A stretch of 64,000 bases of DNA from Eledone cirrhosa (lineage: Eukaryota): assembly GCA_964016885.1 (NCBI GenBank), contig OZ024740.1, positions 111,104,001 to 111,168,000 on the forward strand. Reading direction: 5' to 3'. Below, one piece after another: positions 13,281 to 27,269 of this stretch (the stretch's first letter is position 1; every line of letters starts with the position of its first letter). The position numbers and the translations under genes are program-made. The notes under the pieces are model-generated. The model was not told the origin of the DNA. It made no database searches and was given only the letters and a program-made list of their open reading frames with translations.

Positions 13281-13481
13281 TTGGTCATAGAATGAAATAT
13301 AGATGCGGTGATGTTGTTATGTTCAGTAGAAATATTATAAGATTTGAAAGGTGTTCTTAATCCGACAACCAATCTAAACGCTGGCCCTTTAGTGGAGTTC
13401 AATCTTTTACAAGCATTCGAGACAACAGGGCCTTCAAAAAGTTCATGGATCACGCCCTTCATTTCCTAATCAAATTATATA

Positions 13482-13528
<47 letters not shown>

Positions 13529-13576
13529 GTGTGTGTGTGTACATATATAAATATATAAAGAGAGTGAGAGAGAGAG

Positions 13577-13647
<71 letters not shown>

Positions 13648-14631
13648 GAGAGAGAGGGGGAGAGAGATAGAGATAGAGACAATTGTAGTCTCAGATCACA
13701 TGACTGTCTCATTTTAAATATATTTACCTAAATATGCTGGTGATATCCCTATTTTCCCTGCAGTGTATTCTTCTAAGTCACATTTTAGCTTTTGTTTTTT
13801 GTTGTTGTTGCTGTTGTTTACATATTTGCACTCTTTTACTGATTGACTGTATGTCAGCCGTGCTGGGAACACCCATGAGAACATTCTAATGACTCGCTGG
13901 CTATGTATATTTATGAATACTTATTGTATGTATACATACATACGTATCCACATTCTCTACATATATCTACACAGGTTTTGAAATATTACATATACATTCA
14001 CATATCTTAGATGCCATCGATAACATCAAGTCGTCAGAGGTTTCATAGCCTTTGCCTAACGTTATACATCTGATTAATGAATACTATAATTGGGATTGAT
14101 TTGCATTGCTCATTCCTGCACGGAGGAGGGGATATAATGGGGTGGGAATTGTGTTGGGATTGATCGGTGTTTGGGCAAAAACATATCGTGGCGGGAGGCA
14201 GCCTGTCTGGGAATGTGTGTGAGAGAGTTGGGAGAAAATTGTCAACATGAAGTTAGTTAGCAAGTTAGGGAGGATAGAGAATACTTGGGATGTTCTGTCG
14301 TCTTTGTTCGATATAGAAATAGAGACATGTATAGGATGCTTGGACACATAAATGAATAAATACATATTTACGAACATACCCACATACAAAAACACCAACA
14401 AACTCATACATTAAACACACTCACAAACATACACATACCCATACACGTATATATGTGTGTATGTGTATTTAAGGGTGTACGTGTGTGTATAGTGTATAGC
14501 GAATTGCTAGAATCTTTGGAACATCGGTTTAAATGCTTTGCGGTATTTAATGTGGCAGTCTGAGTTCAAATGTTGCCGTGTATCAAGCTCAAAATGCTAT
14601 CGGCATATTACCCTGAATGTTTATTTTCCTG

Positions 14632-14710
<79 letters not shown>

Positions 14711-14835
14711 CATACATACATATATATCCATTTCCACCAAGCGTGAACCTAATATAAGTGTGTACAATTGCCTCCTGTGTTTTGTTCGGTCATTTTCAAC
14801 TATATATTTATATATATATATATATATATATATTT

Positions 14836-15114
14836 AGATGAGATTCTACAGGACTAGAACTGTTTCATTCTTTAGAAATGATCAGATGATTTCTAAAGAA
14901 TGAAACAGTTCTAGTCCTGTAGAATCTCATCTATATTAAAACTTTTATACTCTGCAATGTATTGAGTACCTTACTTACTGTGGTGACCTCCGATTCAACC
15001 CGGAATAACGTACGGCAACACTCATCTTTTTCCATTTCTCCGAGGGTTATAAACCCCACTATAAGGCAAGAAATTTCTTTAGTCTAAAATACGGTGAAAG
15101 CTTCTAATTTCTAA

Positions 15115-15120
<6 letters not shown>
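14836..15120 (+). mobile_element. Fold-back mini-element family B (~95-bp palindrome plus tail)
   Basis: agatgagattctacaggactagaactgtttcattctttagaaat and its reverse complement; CTAAAGA-AT-GAAAC-AGTTCTA-GTC at 14893-14916; tail with TATTGAGTAC. Relatives at 55855-56035 and 56410-56592. Confidence 0.75.
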
Positions 15121-15180
<60 letters not shown>

Positions 15181-15185
<5 letters not shown>

Positions 15186-15812
15186 TAAATATTTATATTA
15201 TATTTTTTAATTTTGATTAATTTTAATTGTATATTAATTTTGATTTATTTTGAAAAATTGGTTGAATTTTACTTGTTCTGCTTATCTTGATATTAAGTTC
15301 TGGTATATCAAATTATTACCATAGAACCACCTTAAATCATAGACATACTATATATTTCCGGGGGTACATTGTACCCTCAGATATATATTAACCTTATTCA
15401 ATAATCTCCAGTATGTAGAGATAAATCTTTGTCGATCTATTTAGTTGCTAAAAATCTTTTTTAGTACCGATTATAGACGGCTAGTCTACGATTTCCCGCC
15501 TTCACTATACACCAATGTATTTACGGGTCACTTTCACGACCTTTCAGACCTGTATTAGTTGGAGTGAGGTCATATATTTTGTCGTTCCTGGGGTTTTTAA
15601 CCCTAGGACAGGAAAATGCTTCTCTGATGATCGCTGCTTTTCCATTAATATCCTCGTGATATTTAATGTTTTGCACCGTGAAACTGTACAGTTAGGGCCA
15701 TTTGAATAGGTAAATATTTATATTATATTTTTTAATTTTGATTAATTTTAATTGTATATTAATTTTGATTTATTTTGAAAAATTGGTTGAATTTTACTTG
15801 TTCTGCTTATCT

Positions 15813-15818
<6 letters not shown>
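15181..15818 (+). mobile_element. 525-nt circularly permuted HHR element (retrozyme-like or direct-pLTR mini-PLE)
   Basis: 113-bp direct repeat at 15181-15293 and 15706-15818, full HHR immediately before the second copy, (TA)n on both sides. Confidence 0.8.
15614..15703 (+). ncRNA. Type I hammerhead ribozyme candidate
   Basis: Helix I AAATG-C-TTCT / AGGG-C-CATTT; CTGATGA 15624-15630; long helix II (CATTAATATC/GATATTTAATG); GAAA 15680-15683; palindromic helix III AACTGTACAGTT; GUU site at 15691-15693. Confidence 0.8.
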
Positions 15819-15851
<33 letters not shown>

Positions 15852-15852
<1 letters not shown>

Positions 15853-18105
15853 TAGCAGTTAGCCCGGCGTTGCGCGGGTTTGTTCTTTTGCTATTAAATG
15901 TTACATACAGGTAAACGTGGTTTGAAAGCGAATAAGCTTATCAATTAAGTGCATAAAGCAGTTGAACCGGTTATTAAAAGTTACGAACCAATTAGCATTT
16001 TGGACAATCAATGATGGGTTAATAATCTTCCAATAGCGAAATTAGCAGACCAAAGTTGCAAGATGGTGGCCCTGATGCTGCTGGCTGTCAGATCTGTTCG
16101 CCATGGGTGACCCTGCCAGGAAATAGTTTTCCAGACGGCATAGCTCCAACACCTCCACCACCTGCACCAACATCTATAGCACCTCTTTGTAGACGATATT
16201 GCGTGTCATCCCTTGAAGAGTCTAAGCAAAAATTCCATTCCTGCTCCCTACGCGGGAACAGGCAACATAAAGTTGGCCATGGGAGAAACATGGCTCCCCC
16301 AAATGGATGCCCGCCACCGACAAAGCTTACCCTTGTGACTTGTTAATGGACATGGCAAAATATGGTCTCACCCGGATTTGGGATCGCCAGAAATCGAACG
16401 ATATCTGACGTCGAGGGGAAAAGGATTCATCCTTGGAATGAAAACATTCTCCTCTCTCCCGCACCCCGTTACCATGGTGGGATCAATCAAGTGGTGCGTC
16501 AGTGACTTGATGACCATGCGAGTACCGTTGCACTGCTTTGGTGGACGCAAGTTCCTTATTAGCATAATGGGACAGTCAACCCTAAGCTTAAGAATGTGAG
16601 GTGGGAGCCCTGGGGGCTCAAGGGAATTTAATAACTTAACCGGATAATTAACGATATCGGCGGGGTCTGATATCCGGTCGATAGATTTGAAGATGTGCTC
16701 TTTACCGGGAATCTTCTCAATCAGCTGCTCGTTAATAACATTAACCATGGCATTTTTCGGAGCAAGGATGGCTCTTTCGCTGAGCCAATCGAGATTTTTA
16801 AAGTTAGATGAGACATTAGGCAAAACTGCTTCCCAAAAGTCAGAAGGGCTGCTCCCAAGTTGCACAAGGAGTCGATTGCTATGCCGCCCTTGTCATCCGC
16901 AGGGACCTTGCCCTCACCAAGTGCTAAAATGTTCTGAGCAAATGCTTCAGACATGTTGTCACCATGCAAATGAGCACGCATATTTGTGCTCAGGTACAAA
17001 CTCTTCACCTGGGGCCACAACTTGGACGATTTAAGGCAGGCACGCACTTCATCAGCTCTTGTCCATTTGGGGATGACAGGCAGCGTTTGCCGAAAATCCC
17101 CTGATAGCAGAAGGGTTACGCCAACCATAGGAGCCGTAGAATCCTTAATGTCTTTCAGGTCCTCTCCAATGCCTCAAGGGCACCCTTGTGTGCCATTGTG
17201 CACTCATCCCAAACAATGAGGCAACATTTTTGAGAACCAGAGCTTCGTGTGAGCTCTTGCTGATATTGCATGTTGGTGTCTTAGTTTTTATTAAATCCAA
17301 AGGGAGTTTAAAGGTTGAACGTGCTGTCCTGCCTCTCGGCAGCAAAGTAGCAGCGATCCCAGACGATGCAACGGCCAACGCAATTTTTTCTCCTGACGAA
17401 TCTTAGCGAGAATCAATTTCGTTACAAAAGTTTTTTCCGGTATCCCCAGGAGCATCGAGAAAGTAAATACCCCCAGTCTGATTTTGAACCGCGTCATTGA
17501 TAGTTAAATAGGCCAACCTTTGGTCCGACAGAAGTTTGGGCTCATTTTCCTCTAATTATTGGGAAAGAGATTCGATGTCATATGCTGTTTCCCGCAACAA
17601 ATCCGGGGCCAACGTGTTAGCTTCCTCTCTTACGGTTGACGGCAAGCCATGCGTCGCCAACTCACGCCCACCCATGTCAGGGGTCGTCTTCGATATCAAT
17701 GAGTGCCGTGTTGTAGATAATGTCGCTGTAACCAACTTCCACTGAAGGATACTGCAATGTGCCAGGCGCAGGAAGTCCTCAGACATGAAGTCTCTGTACT
17801 TGACCCATAAAGATTTGGGATCACCCAATTCACACTTTTGAAGCTAAATGGCAAAGAGATCCCGTAGACTTTTAGGTGATTTCAACAAAGCACCCTCTGC
17901 TAAAGTGGAATCCCATTGCCAATCATCTTCCAAAAGACCACGCTTAAAGCAGGCTTCCTGGTACGTATCACATATTTCTCCATCAACATGTTTAAGATCC
18001 TGAAAACTGTGGCTGTGGGCCTACAACTTCATGCAGAAGAAGGCGGAGATGAAAGCACTCATGCTGACTTGCTAGCGTTTTGTGGAACACGGGTGTTGAG
18101 AGGGT
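15852..18105 (-). mobile_element. Helitron, 5'-truncated, with intact 3' end
   Basis: PIF1-type helicase remnants, GC-rich hairpin at 15861-15880 and terminal CTAG (15855-15852) followed by T, within (TA)n. Confidence 0.92.
16174..18070 (-). pseudogene. Helitron RepHel helicase (PIF1 family) fragment
   Basis: HLRLLLHEVVGP, TYQEACFKRGLLEDD, AVASSGIAATLL..GRT, LSGDFRQTLPV, RAILAPKN, MLIRNL..CNGTR, FAMSINKSQG, FSHGQLYVACSRV, TRNIVYKEVL*. Frameshifts and stops throughout. Confidence 0.92.
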
Positions 18106-18160
18106 ATATATATATATATATATATATATATTAGGTTCACACCTGTTAATCAACCATTAT

Positions 18161-18200
18161 CTAGGACAATTTGTTTCACCTTGCAGATCTTCAGCTCAGC
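18161..18200 (-). ncRNA. Type I hammerhead ribozyme candidate
   Basis: Minus strand GCTGAG-CTGAAGA-TCTGCAAGGT-GAAAC-AAATT-GTC-CTAG. Helix III ACA/TGT, GUC site, short helix I. Confidence 0.6.
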
Positions 18201-18470
18201 TGAATTGTTTGCAGCCGAAACACACACACACACAGACACACACACACACACATATATATATATATGTGTGTGTATGTGTGTTAGGTGTGTAACATCAGTT
18301 ACAGGTGACGTGCCGTTCGAAGCACTAAATGCTGTTTAGTGTTTAGATGTGGCTTTGCATAGATAAACTCGCATATCTAACGAAGTGCCAAAAAGAGACA
18401 GAGCCCCGTCACCTTGTTTGTACCCTGAGCTGATTAATAACGAAACAATTGTGGTTTCAGCAATGAATAT

Positions 18471-19209
<739 letters not shown>

Positions 19210-19313
19210 TTGCTGAAACCACCTGCCGTCGTAACTCCTATCAGAAGTTTATGTATGGTCATGTAAACCCATTAGGTTGCTCCTAATCACAGTTGGATTC
19301 ATTCGCACAGACA

Positions 19314-19315
19314 TC

Positions 19316-19351
<36 letters not shown>

Positions 19352-19353
19352 CG

Positions 19354-19437
<84 letters not shown>

Positions 19438-19502
19438 TTACTACTACCACCACCACCGCCACCACCACCACCACCACCACCACCACCACTACTACTACTA
19501 AA

Positions 19503-19594
<92 letters not shown>

Positions 19595-19630
19595 CATCAC
19601 CAGCACCACCACTACTACTCTTACCACTAA
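19314..19630. repeat. (CTA)n/(CCA)n compound microsatellite
   Basis: Directly visible. Confidence 0.95.
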
Positions 19631-20556
19631 CACGATTGCTTGAATTCAAAACGCAGATAACGTACATATATTGCCAAGTATCTGGTCCGATATGCCATCA
19701 AATCTGCCCCTAACACAGGTACTTTATTTATCAACCTTGAAAGGATGAAAAGCAAAATTGATCTCGGCGTAATTTGAACTCATGATCCCGGAAAGCTGGA
19801 ACAAATGTTGTTAGGTATTTAATCGATCACTCTAAGTCAGTCTATAGTCTCACCATTGCCAATTCCTCATCAGCAAACATAAAATCAAAAACAAAAGAAA
19901 AATACATTTCCACATGTATTAGTAGTTAATAAAAAATAAAACAAATAAGACCAAACCATGACCCCCCCCCCCCAACAAAAACACCAGCACCACCGTAAGC
20001 AGCACCACCACCACCATCTCCACTAAGAAGAACAACAACAACGATGTCAACAAGGATAACCCAGCCATAAAACGAGGGGGAGCGTAAATCCCTTTCTTCT
20101 CCACGCACTACCCGCTATCACCACCACCACCATAATCTCCCACCACCACCATCACACCACCACTACCATCAACATCAACACCACCATTACCACCCCCACC
20201 ATTCTCCCCCACCAACACCATCACCACCACCACCACCATCATCACTAACAACAACAGATATCAATATAAATATATACATATATCTGTATATATATATAAA
20301 AACATCGCCATAAATAATACAGATTGTGTGAGACGTAAACACGTTGAAATCCTATGTAAACACTTCATATGTAAATAACACATACATTCTAGAATGATTA
20401 CATCCCTGTATGCATCTATATGCATCTATATGCATCTATATGCATACAGTCATGCATGTGTGCACATTTCTTCAGCCGATTACGACGTCTTAATTTCATT
20501 CTTTGGGTTTATTTATATACACAATGGCCTAAAATTAAAAACAAAAGGAAAAGAAA

Positions 20557-20588
<32 letters not shown>

Positions 20589-20593
20589 ATGAA

Positions 20594-20669
<76 letters not shown>

Positions 20670-20690
20670 ATATATATATATATATGTATG

Positions 20691-20729
<39 letters not shown>

Positions 20730-20777
20730 CCATACACACACATATACATATATATATGTATGTATATATATATATAT

Positions 20778-20851
<74 letters not shown>

Positions 20852-20969
20852 AATTATTGTTGGCTTATTGCTTACATTAATTTCTCTATTTTCATTTATA
20901 TATATATATATGCATATATATATGTATATATGTATATGTATATGCATATATATATGTATATATGTATAT

Positions 20970-21024
<55 letters not shown>

Positions 21025-21030
21025 TATATA

Positions 21031-21089
<59 letters not shown>

Positions 21090-21351
21090 CATAACAAAAC
21101 ACAAACAAAAAATTCAAAAAAGTGAAACAGACAAAAAAACAAATGAAAACAAATGACTTCCATCCCCGTCGGCCTTGGGCTCGCCCTTGCCCTCCGAGTA
21201 GTCCAGCAATATCCGCAGCAGAAAGTTTATTTTATATTTTCTTTAACCTCGCGCTTTGCTTTTTCTTCCCCTCCTCTACCGTCAGCTTCCTTTACAGCGC
21301 CTACCACCTTTCATTTGCATTCGGTTTTTCAATCTCTCTCTCTCTCTCTAC

Positions 21352-21449
<98 letters not shown>

Positions 21450-21718
21450 CTGTATTAAATATATATAAATATATATTTGATTGTGATGCGTGTAAGTGTG
21501 TATGTGTTTCGTATTTGTTGGTTGCATGATTAGGTGAGATACGGGTGGGAGGTAAATGAAAATATACATGAAGGATGATAGAATGGGGAGAGGGGGAGAG
21601 AGGGGGAGGTAGAGAGGAGGGGAGAGAGAGCGCGGAGGGATATCAATAGACTGAGCAAGGAAGAGGTGCATCGAGGGTTTAGAGGAATTAATGTTAATGG
21701 TAGTAGTAGTGGTAGTAA

Positions 21719-21771
<53 letters not shown>

Positions 21772-21979
21772 TTAATGATGGGGAGGTGTTAGTTGTTGTT
21801 TCATCTCATAAGCACTAACCTTATTTTAACCAGATTGAATATATATGGCTTCATCATCACCATCAACAACACCATCGTGACTTTTACCACCACCACCACC
21901 ACCATCCCTGTCATTATTCCAAACACCAACATCACTATCACCATCTTCTTCACCCTCTCAAGCGCCATCACTAAAATCA

Positions 21980-22540
21980 TCATCATCACTATCACCATCA
22001 ACGTCATCACTATCACCATCAATGTCATCACTATCACCATCAACGTCATCACCATCACCATCAACGTCATCACTATCACCATCAACGTCATCACCATCAC
22101 CATCAACGTCATCACCATCACCATCAACGTCACCACCGCCACCACCACTACCACTACCACCACCGCCACCACCACCACCACCACCACTACCACCACCACC
22201 ACCACCACCATCACCATCAACGTCACCACCACCACCACCACCACTACCACTACCAACACCACCACCACCACCACCACCACCACTACCACCACCACCACCA
22301 CCACTACCACCACCACCACCACCACCATCACCATCAACGTCACCACCACCACCACCACCACCACCACCACCACCATCAACGCCCCCCCCCAACACCAACA
22401 CCAACACCACCACCACCACCACTACCACCACCACCACCACCACCACCATCACCATCAACGTCACCCCCCCACCACCATCACCATCAACGTCACCACCAAC
22501 ACCCCCCTACCCCCCCAACACCACCACCACCACCACCATT
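21980..22540. repeat. 18-bp (CACCATCAACGTCATCAC-type) minisatellite grading into (CCA)n
   Basis: About eight tandem 18-mers at 21990-22135, then the same motif recurring within CCA runs. Confidence 0.9.
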
Positions 22541-22777
22541 AACGTTATTGTTGCAGCTGTAGTTTTTCTCCTAATTCTTCTGCTTCTCATCCAAACAAGT
22601 CTTATTTTGAGGTCCATCTTCAGCCCCTGACAGAACAAAACAAACCCCTAACCAACCAGACTCCCTTCTCACCCCACAACTACACATCACCCCACTCGAC
22701 CATTTCACAGCTACCATCACCCTCTAATTAATTCCAGACGCCCCTTTAATCCTTCAACAAACTCAATCTGGGGCCCA

Positions 22778-23062
22778 TCTTCTTCTTCTTCTTCTTCTTC
22801 TTCTTCTTCTTCATCTTCTTCTTCTTCTTCTTCTTCTTCTTCTTCTTCTTCTTCTTCTTCTTCTTCTTCTTCTTCTTCTTCTGCTTCTTCTCTCTTCGTC
22901 TTCTTCTTCTTCTTCTTCTGCTTCTTCTTCTTCTTCTTCTTCTTCTTCTTCTTCTTCTTCTTCTTCTTCTTCTTCTTCTTCTTCTTCTTCTTCTTCTTCT
23001 TCTTCTTCTTCTTCTTCTTCTTCTTCTTCTTCTTCTTCTTCTTCTTCTTCTTCTTCTTCTTC
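22778..23062. repeat. (CTT)n microsatellite
   Basis: Directly visible. Confidence 0.95.
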
Positions 23063-23149
23063 CGGAAATCTTTTCTTTGGTCAATTTATATATCAGGAGC
23101 CTTGTCGAATGCATACATATGCTTACACATATGTAAGTATGTATGTATG

Positions 23150-23210
<61 letters not shown>

Positions 23211-23221
23211 TTTACACACAC

Positions 23222-23264
<43 letters not shown>

Positions 23265-23271
23265 CGTGTGC

Positions 23272-23304
<33 letters not shown>

Positions 23305-23453
23305 CATACATACATATATATAAACATACCTATATGAGGGTAGATGGATCCGGGGATTGTGTATATGCATATATAAAAGTGTCAATCTGTTTTGACAAAG
23401 TTGACGCGAAAGCTCGACATACTTTATAAAAGATAATAATTAACTGTGGCGCA

Positions 23454-23575
<122 letters not shown>

Positions 23576-23592
23576 ATTTATATATATTTATA

Positions 23593-23698
<106 letters not shown>

Positions 23699-24729
23699 CG
23701 TGTAAGTATGTGTGTGTATTATACACACAGACAACACAGACACATGTACATAAATATATACATGCTTTGTGTAGATGTAGGACTGGTGTAATATCTGATC
23801 ACAGCTGTGACACTTAGGCAGAACTCTCCATTAAAGACACAAGACACTCCAGTGAAATATAGACAATTACCACCATCACCCTACAAGAGATTCTCCAAGC
23901 TGGCAGCACCAGCATCATTGGCATCACCAGCACAAGCAGCAGCAGCATCACCAGCATCACTATTAGCTCAACCATCGAGCACCATCAGCAGCATCACCAT
24001 TAGCTCCACCATCGAGCACCATTACCATCACAAGCATCACCCCCCCCCCCCGCCGGCATCCTTACTAACACCAGCATCATCATCGCCCCTAGTAACACCA
24101 CCTAGAAGAGAGCCTGCACAAATTGTTTCATCGCCACTGTTTCTGTAACATAATGTTGTATTCTTTTTTTATTTTCGCCCAGATAATATTTGGTTAGTCC
24201 GTCACTGCGCTAACGCAGATCTACAACATAATCATTGGATTTAGATTATTGCTATTTAAATTAACTGGGTTAATTACCCTGCTTCTAAACACTAAGAAAA
24301 CTTGCATAATATAAATATGAATAACCTGTTACGAACTAACATCATTGCTCAACCAGATAGAAACAAAGAGCCAAGCATTGTTCAGATCGCTCTGTGTCAA
24401 GACACTGAAGGACACATTGGAATCATAGTTTTATATATGTCGCTAATACACATGAAAAAGGCATAGCCTACTATAAAAACACATTTAGTCACCTTATTTT
24501 TCAATAAATTCAAATAAGTTAGATTATGTAAGAAATCTCTATAAACATCTTCCAATTTTTCCCCACCCGACCTTTCTTCATCCAACGCTGGGTGAAGCCT
24601 CAGCTACCACACTAGTTGTTGACATATCGGTCCACGTTGGTTAGGATCAAACATTTTAAAGCTGAACGCAAAGACCCTGAATAGATATCACAAATTATCT
24701 CGTCAGATGCGTTAAGAATTCCACCAATA

Positions 24730-25270
24730 TACCGCCCCTTGGCTGGTACTTTATTTACCCACTCCGGATAAATGAAATTCAAAGTCAACCCTAGTTGGGA
24801 TTTGAACTTAGAGCCCAGAGAGCGAGATCTTTTACTGAAAAGCTTGTCCGGTATGTAACAAACAGATCCGCCAACCACCTCTACAAGACTAGCACTTTAT
24901 CGATTCCCAAAAATTGAAAGGCAAAGTTGACGATGACAGGGATTTGAAATCAGAACGCAACAGAGAAAAAGAACAATTCTTGGAAATATTTTGAAACAAG
25001 CACTCTAAAAATTCTATCCTGAACAGTTTTTGACACGAAAAGATGAAAGAGAAACTATGATCTTGGCGAGATTTAAACCCAACGCTCTGATGGCAGCTGG
25101 AACAAATATATCGCGAAATATTTTAAATGGAAGCTTTCAAAATCTGCGAAACGACCAAGAAAGACTAAAATGTTTTTGACCACAGCGAGATTTGAACTCA
25201 GAGCTCAGAAAAGAGCCGTAACCAATACATCAAACTTTTTTAGCCTTATACTCTCAGGATTCACTGCTAA
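24730..25270 (-). mobile_element. Cluster of decayed SINE family 1 fragments
   Basis: Repeated GGTACTTTATTT / GAAAGGCAAAGTTGAC / GATTTGAACTCAG motifs. Confidence 0.6.
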
Positions 25271-25779
25271 TTCATCACTTCATTTGCCTCCTTGAAAGGA
25301 GGAGCGGAGAGAGGCGCTACATTTTCAAAGACATAATCACTATGAGATGGATCAATACTATATTGACCAGACATGACCGCTGTGACCTTTACAGCTACAG
25401 AGGCCAGCTCTTACAACAGACTAAAGTTTGACCCCAATTTCACTTATATTCTGAAACACTTTCATCTCTTCTTAACTAGTTTAGGACATCAATCGTTTCA
25501 TTTAAATTTCATTAGAAGTTTACAGTTGTTGGTGCGTGCGGGGCATTTTCTAGCTTATAAGATGATTGGCCTTTTGGGACTTATTGTGTAGTTGTTGTTC
25601 TTGTTGATGATGATGATGTTGCTGTTGTTATTGAAATTTACAGTTGCTGGCGCGTGCGGGGCGTTTTCCAACTTATCAGGGTGTTAGCTTTTTTATTTTC
25701 TTTTGGTTCTTATTGCTATAGTTATTGTTGTTTTTAGTGTTCTTACTGTTGATGATCGTGTTGCTGTTGTTATTGTACC

Positions 25780-26264
25780 TTGTGTGTGTGTGTGTGTGTG
25801 CGCGCGCTTGTGTGCATGCATGTATGTGTGTGTGTGTGTGTACATGAGTGTATATGCTTGTGTGTATGCGCGCGCTTGTGTGTATGTATGTGTGTGTGTG
25901 TGTGTGTGTGTGTGCATGAGTGTATATGCGTGTGTGTATGTGCGTGTAAGTGTGTATGTATGTGTGTGTGTGTGTGTGTGTGCATGAGTGTATATGCTTG
26001 TGTGTATGTCCGTGTGGGTGTGTATGTATGTGTGTGTGTGTGTATGTGCATGAGTGTATATGCTTGTGAGTGTATATGTATGTGTGTGTGTGTGTGTACA
26101 TGAGTGTATATGCTTGTGTGTATGTGCGTGTGAGTGTGTATGTATGTGTGTGTGTGTGCATGAGTGTATATGCTTGTGTGTATGTGCGTGTGAGTGTGTA
26201 TGTATGTGTGTGTGTGTGTGTGCATGAGTGTATATGCTTGTGTATATGTGCGTGTGAGTGTGTA

Positions 26265-26319
<55 letters not shown>

Positions 26320-26432
26320 ATGAGTGTATATGCTTGTGTATATGTGCGTGTGAGTGTGTATGTATGTGTCTGTGTGTGAGTGTGTTAATGAGTGTATATG
26401 CGTGTGTGTATGCGCCCGCTTGTGTGAATGTA

Positions 26433-26471
<39 letters not shown>

Positions 26472-26535
26472 ATGAGTGTATATGCGTGTGTGTATGTACG
26501 TGTGAGTGTGTATGTATGTGTAAGTATGTGTACGT
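25780..26535. repeat. Higher-order (TG)n satellite, ~60-bp unit (CATGAGTGTATATGCTTGTGT...)
   Basis: About 10 recurrences of the unit separated by TG runs. Confidence 0.9.
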
Positions 26536-26704
26536 GTGGTTCTATTATTGTCTGTAAGGTGAAATTCTTACTACTTCAACTAATTTTTGAGTTGTTATTG
26601 CTGATATTTTGTTCGATGCACCATTCTAGGATATTGGCTACGGTTGTATTGCAACTATTAGTTGTTGTTGTGGATCTCATTGATATTAATATTATTGTTC
26701 TTGT

Positions 26705-27070
26705 TAGGCGGTGAGTTGTCAGTATCGGCGGGGGGGGGGTTGGACAACAGGCTTGGCAGCAGAGAGTTGTGGCCCTTTACGTTCTGAGTTCAAATCCCGC
26801 AAAGGATAGCTTTACCTTTCATATATACGGGGGTCGATATAATAAATTGCCAGTAACGTACGGGGTCGATTTAATTGACTTTCCCCTCCCCTTCAAATTG
26901 CTGGCCTTATGCCTGAAGTAGAAACAATTATTATTGTCCTTGTTAGGCGGTGGAGGGTCAGTATCGGTAGGGCGTCGGAAAACACGCTTTGCGGCATGAG
27001 ATGTGACCTTTACATTCTGAGTTCAAATCACACCGAGGTTAGCTTTGCCTTTCAACCTTACGGGGTGTAT
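26705..27070 (+). mobile_element. Two tandem copies of tRNA-derived SINE family 1
   Basis: GGCGGTG...CAGTATCGG A-box region, GAGTTCAAATC B box, GGGGTCGAT body, 3' AGAAACAATTATTATT. Confidence 0.85.
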
Positions 27071-27210
27071 AATATATATATATATACACACACAAATACG
27101 CACGCACACACACACATATATTTATATATATATCGTAAAACGAGCTCGATCATGGAACGAATTAAACTCCTACTGCGAGGAATCACTAAATATATATAGA
27201 CACACAACAC

Positions 27211-27269
<59 letters not shown>

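Noticed and set aside
21958-22630. Gly/Asp-rich and Pro-rich ORFs resembling structural proteins or formins
   Set aside because: They arise from an 18-bp minisatellite and (CCA)n and are open in several frames on both strands.
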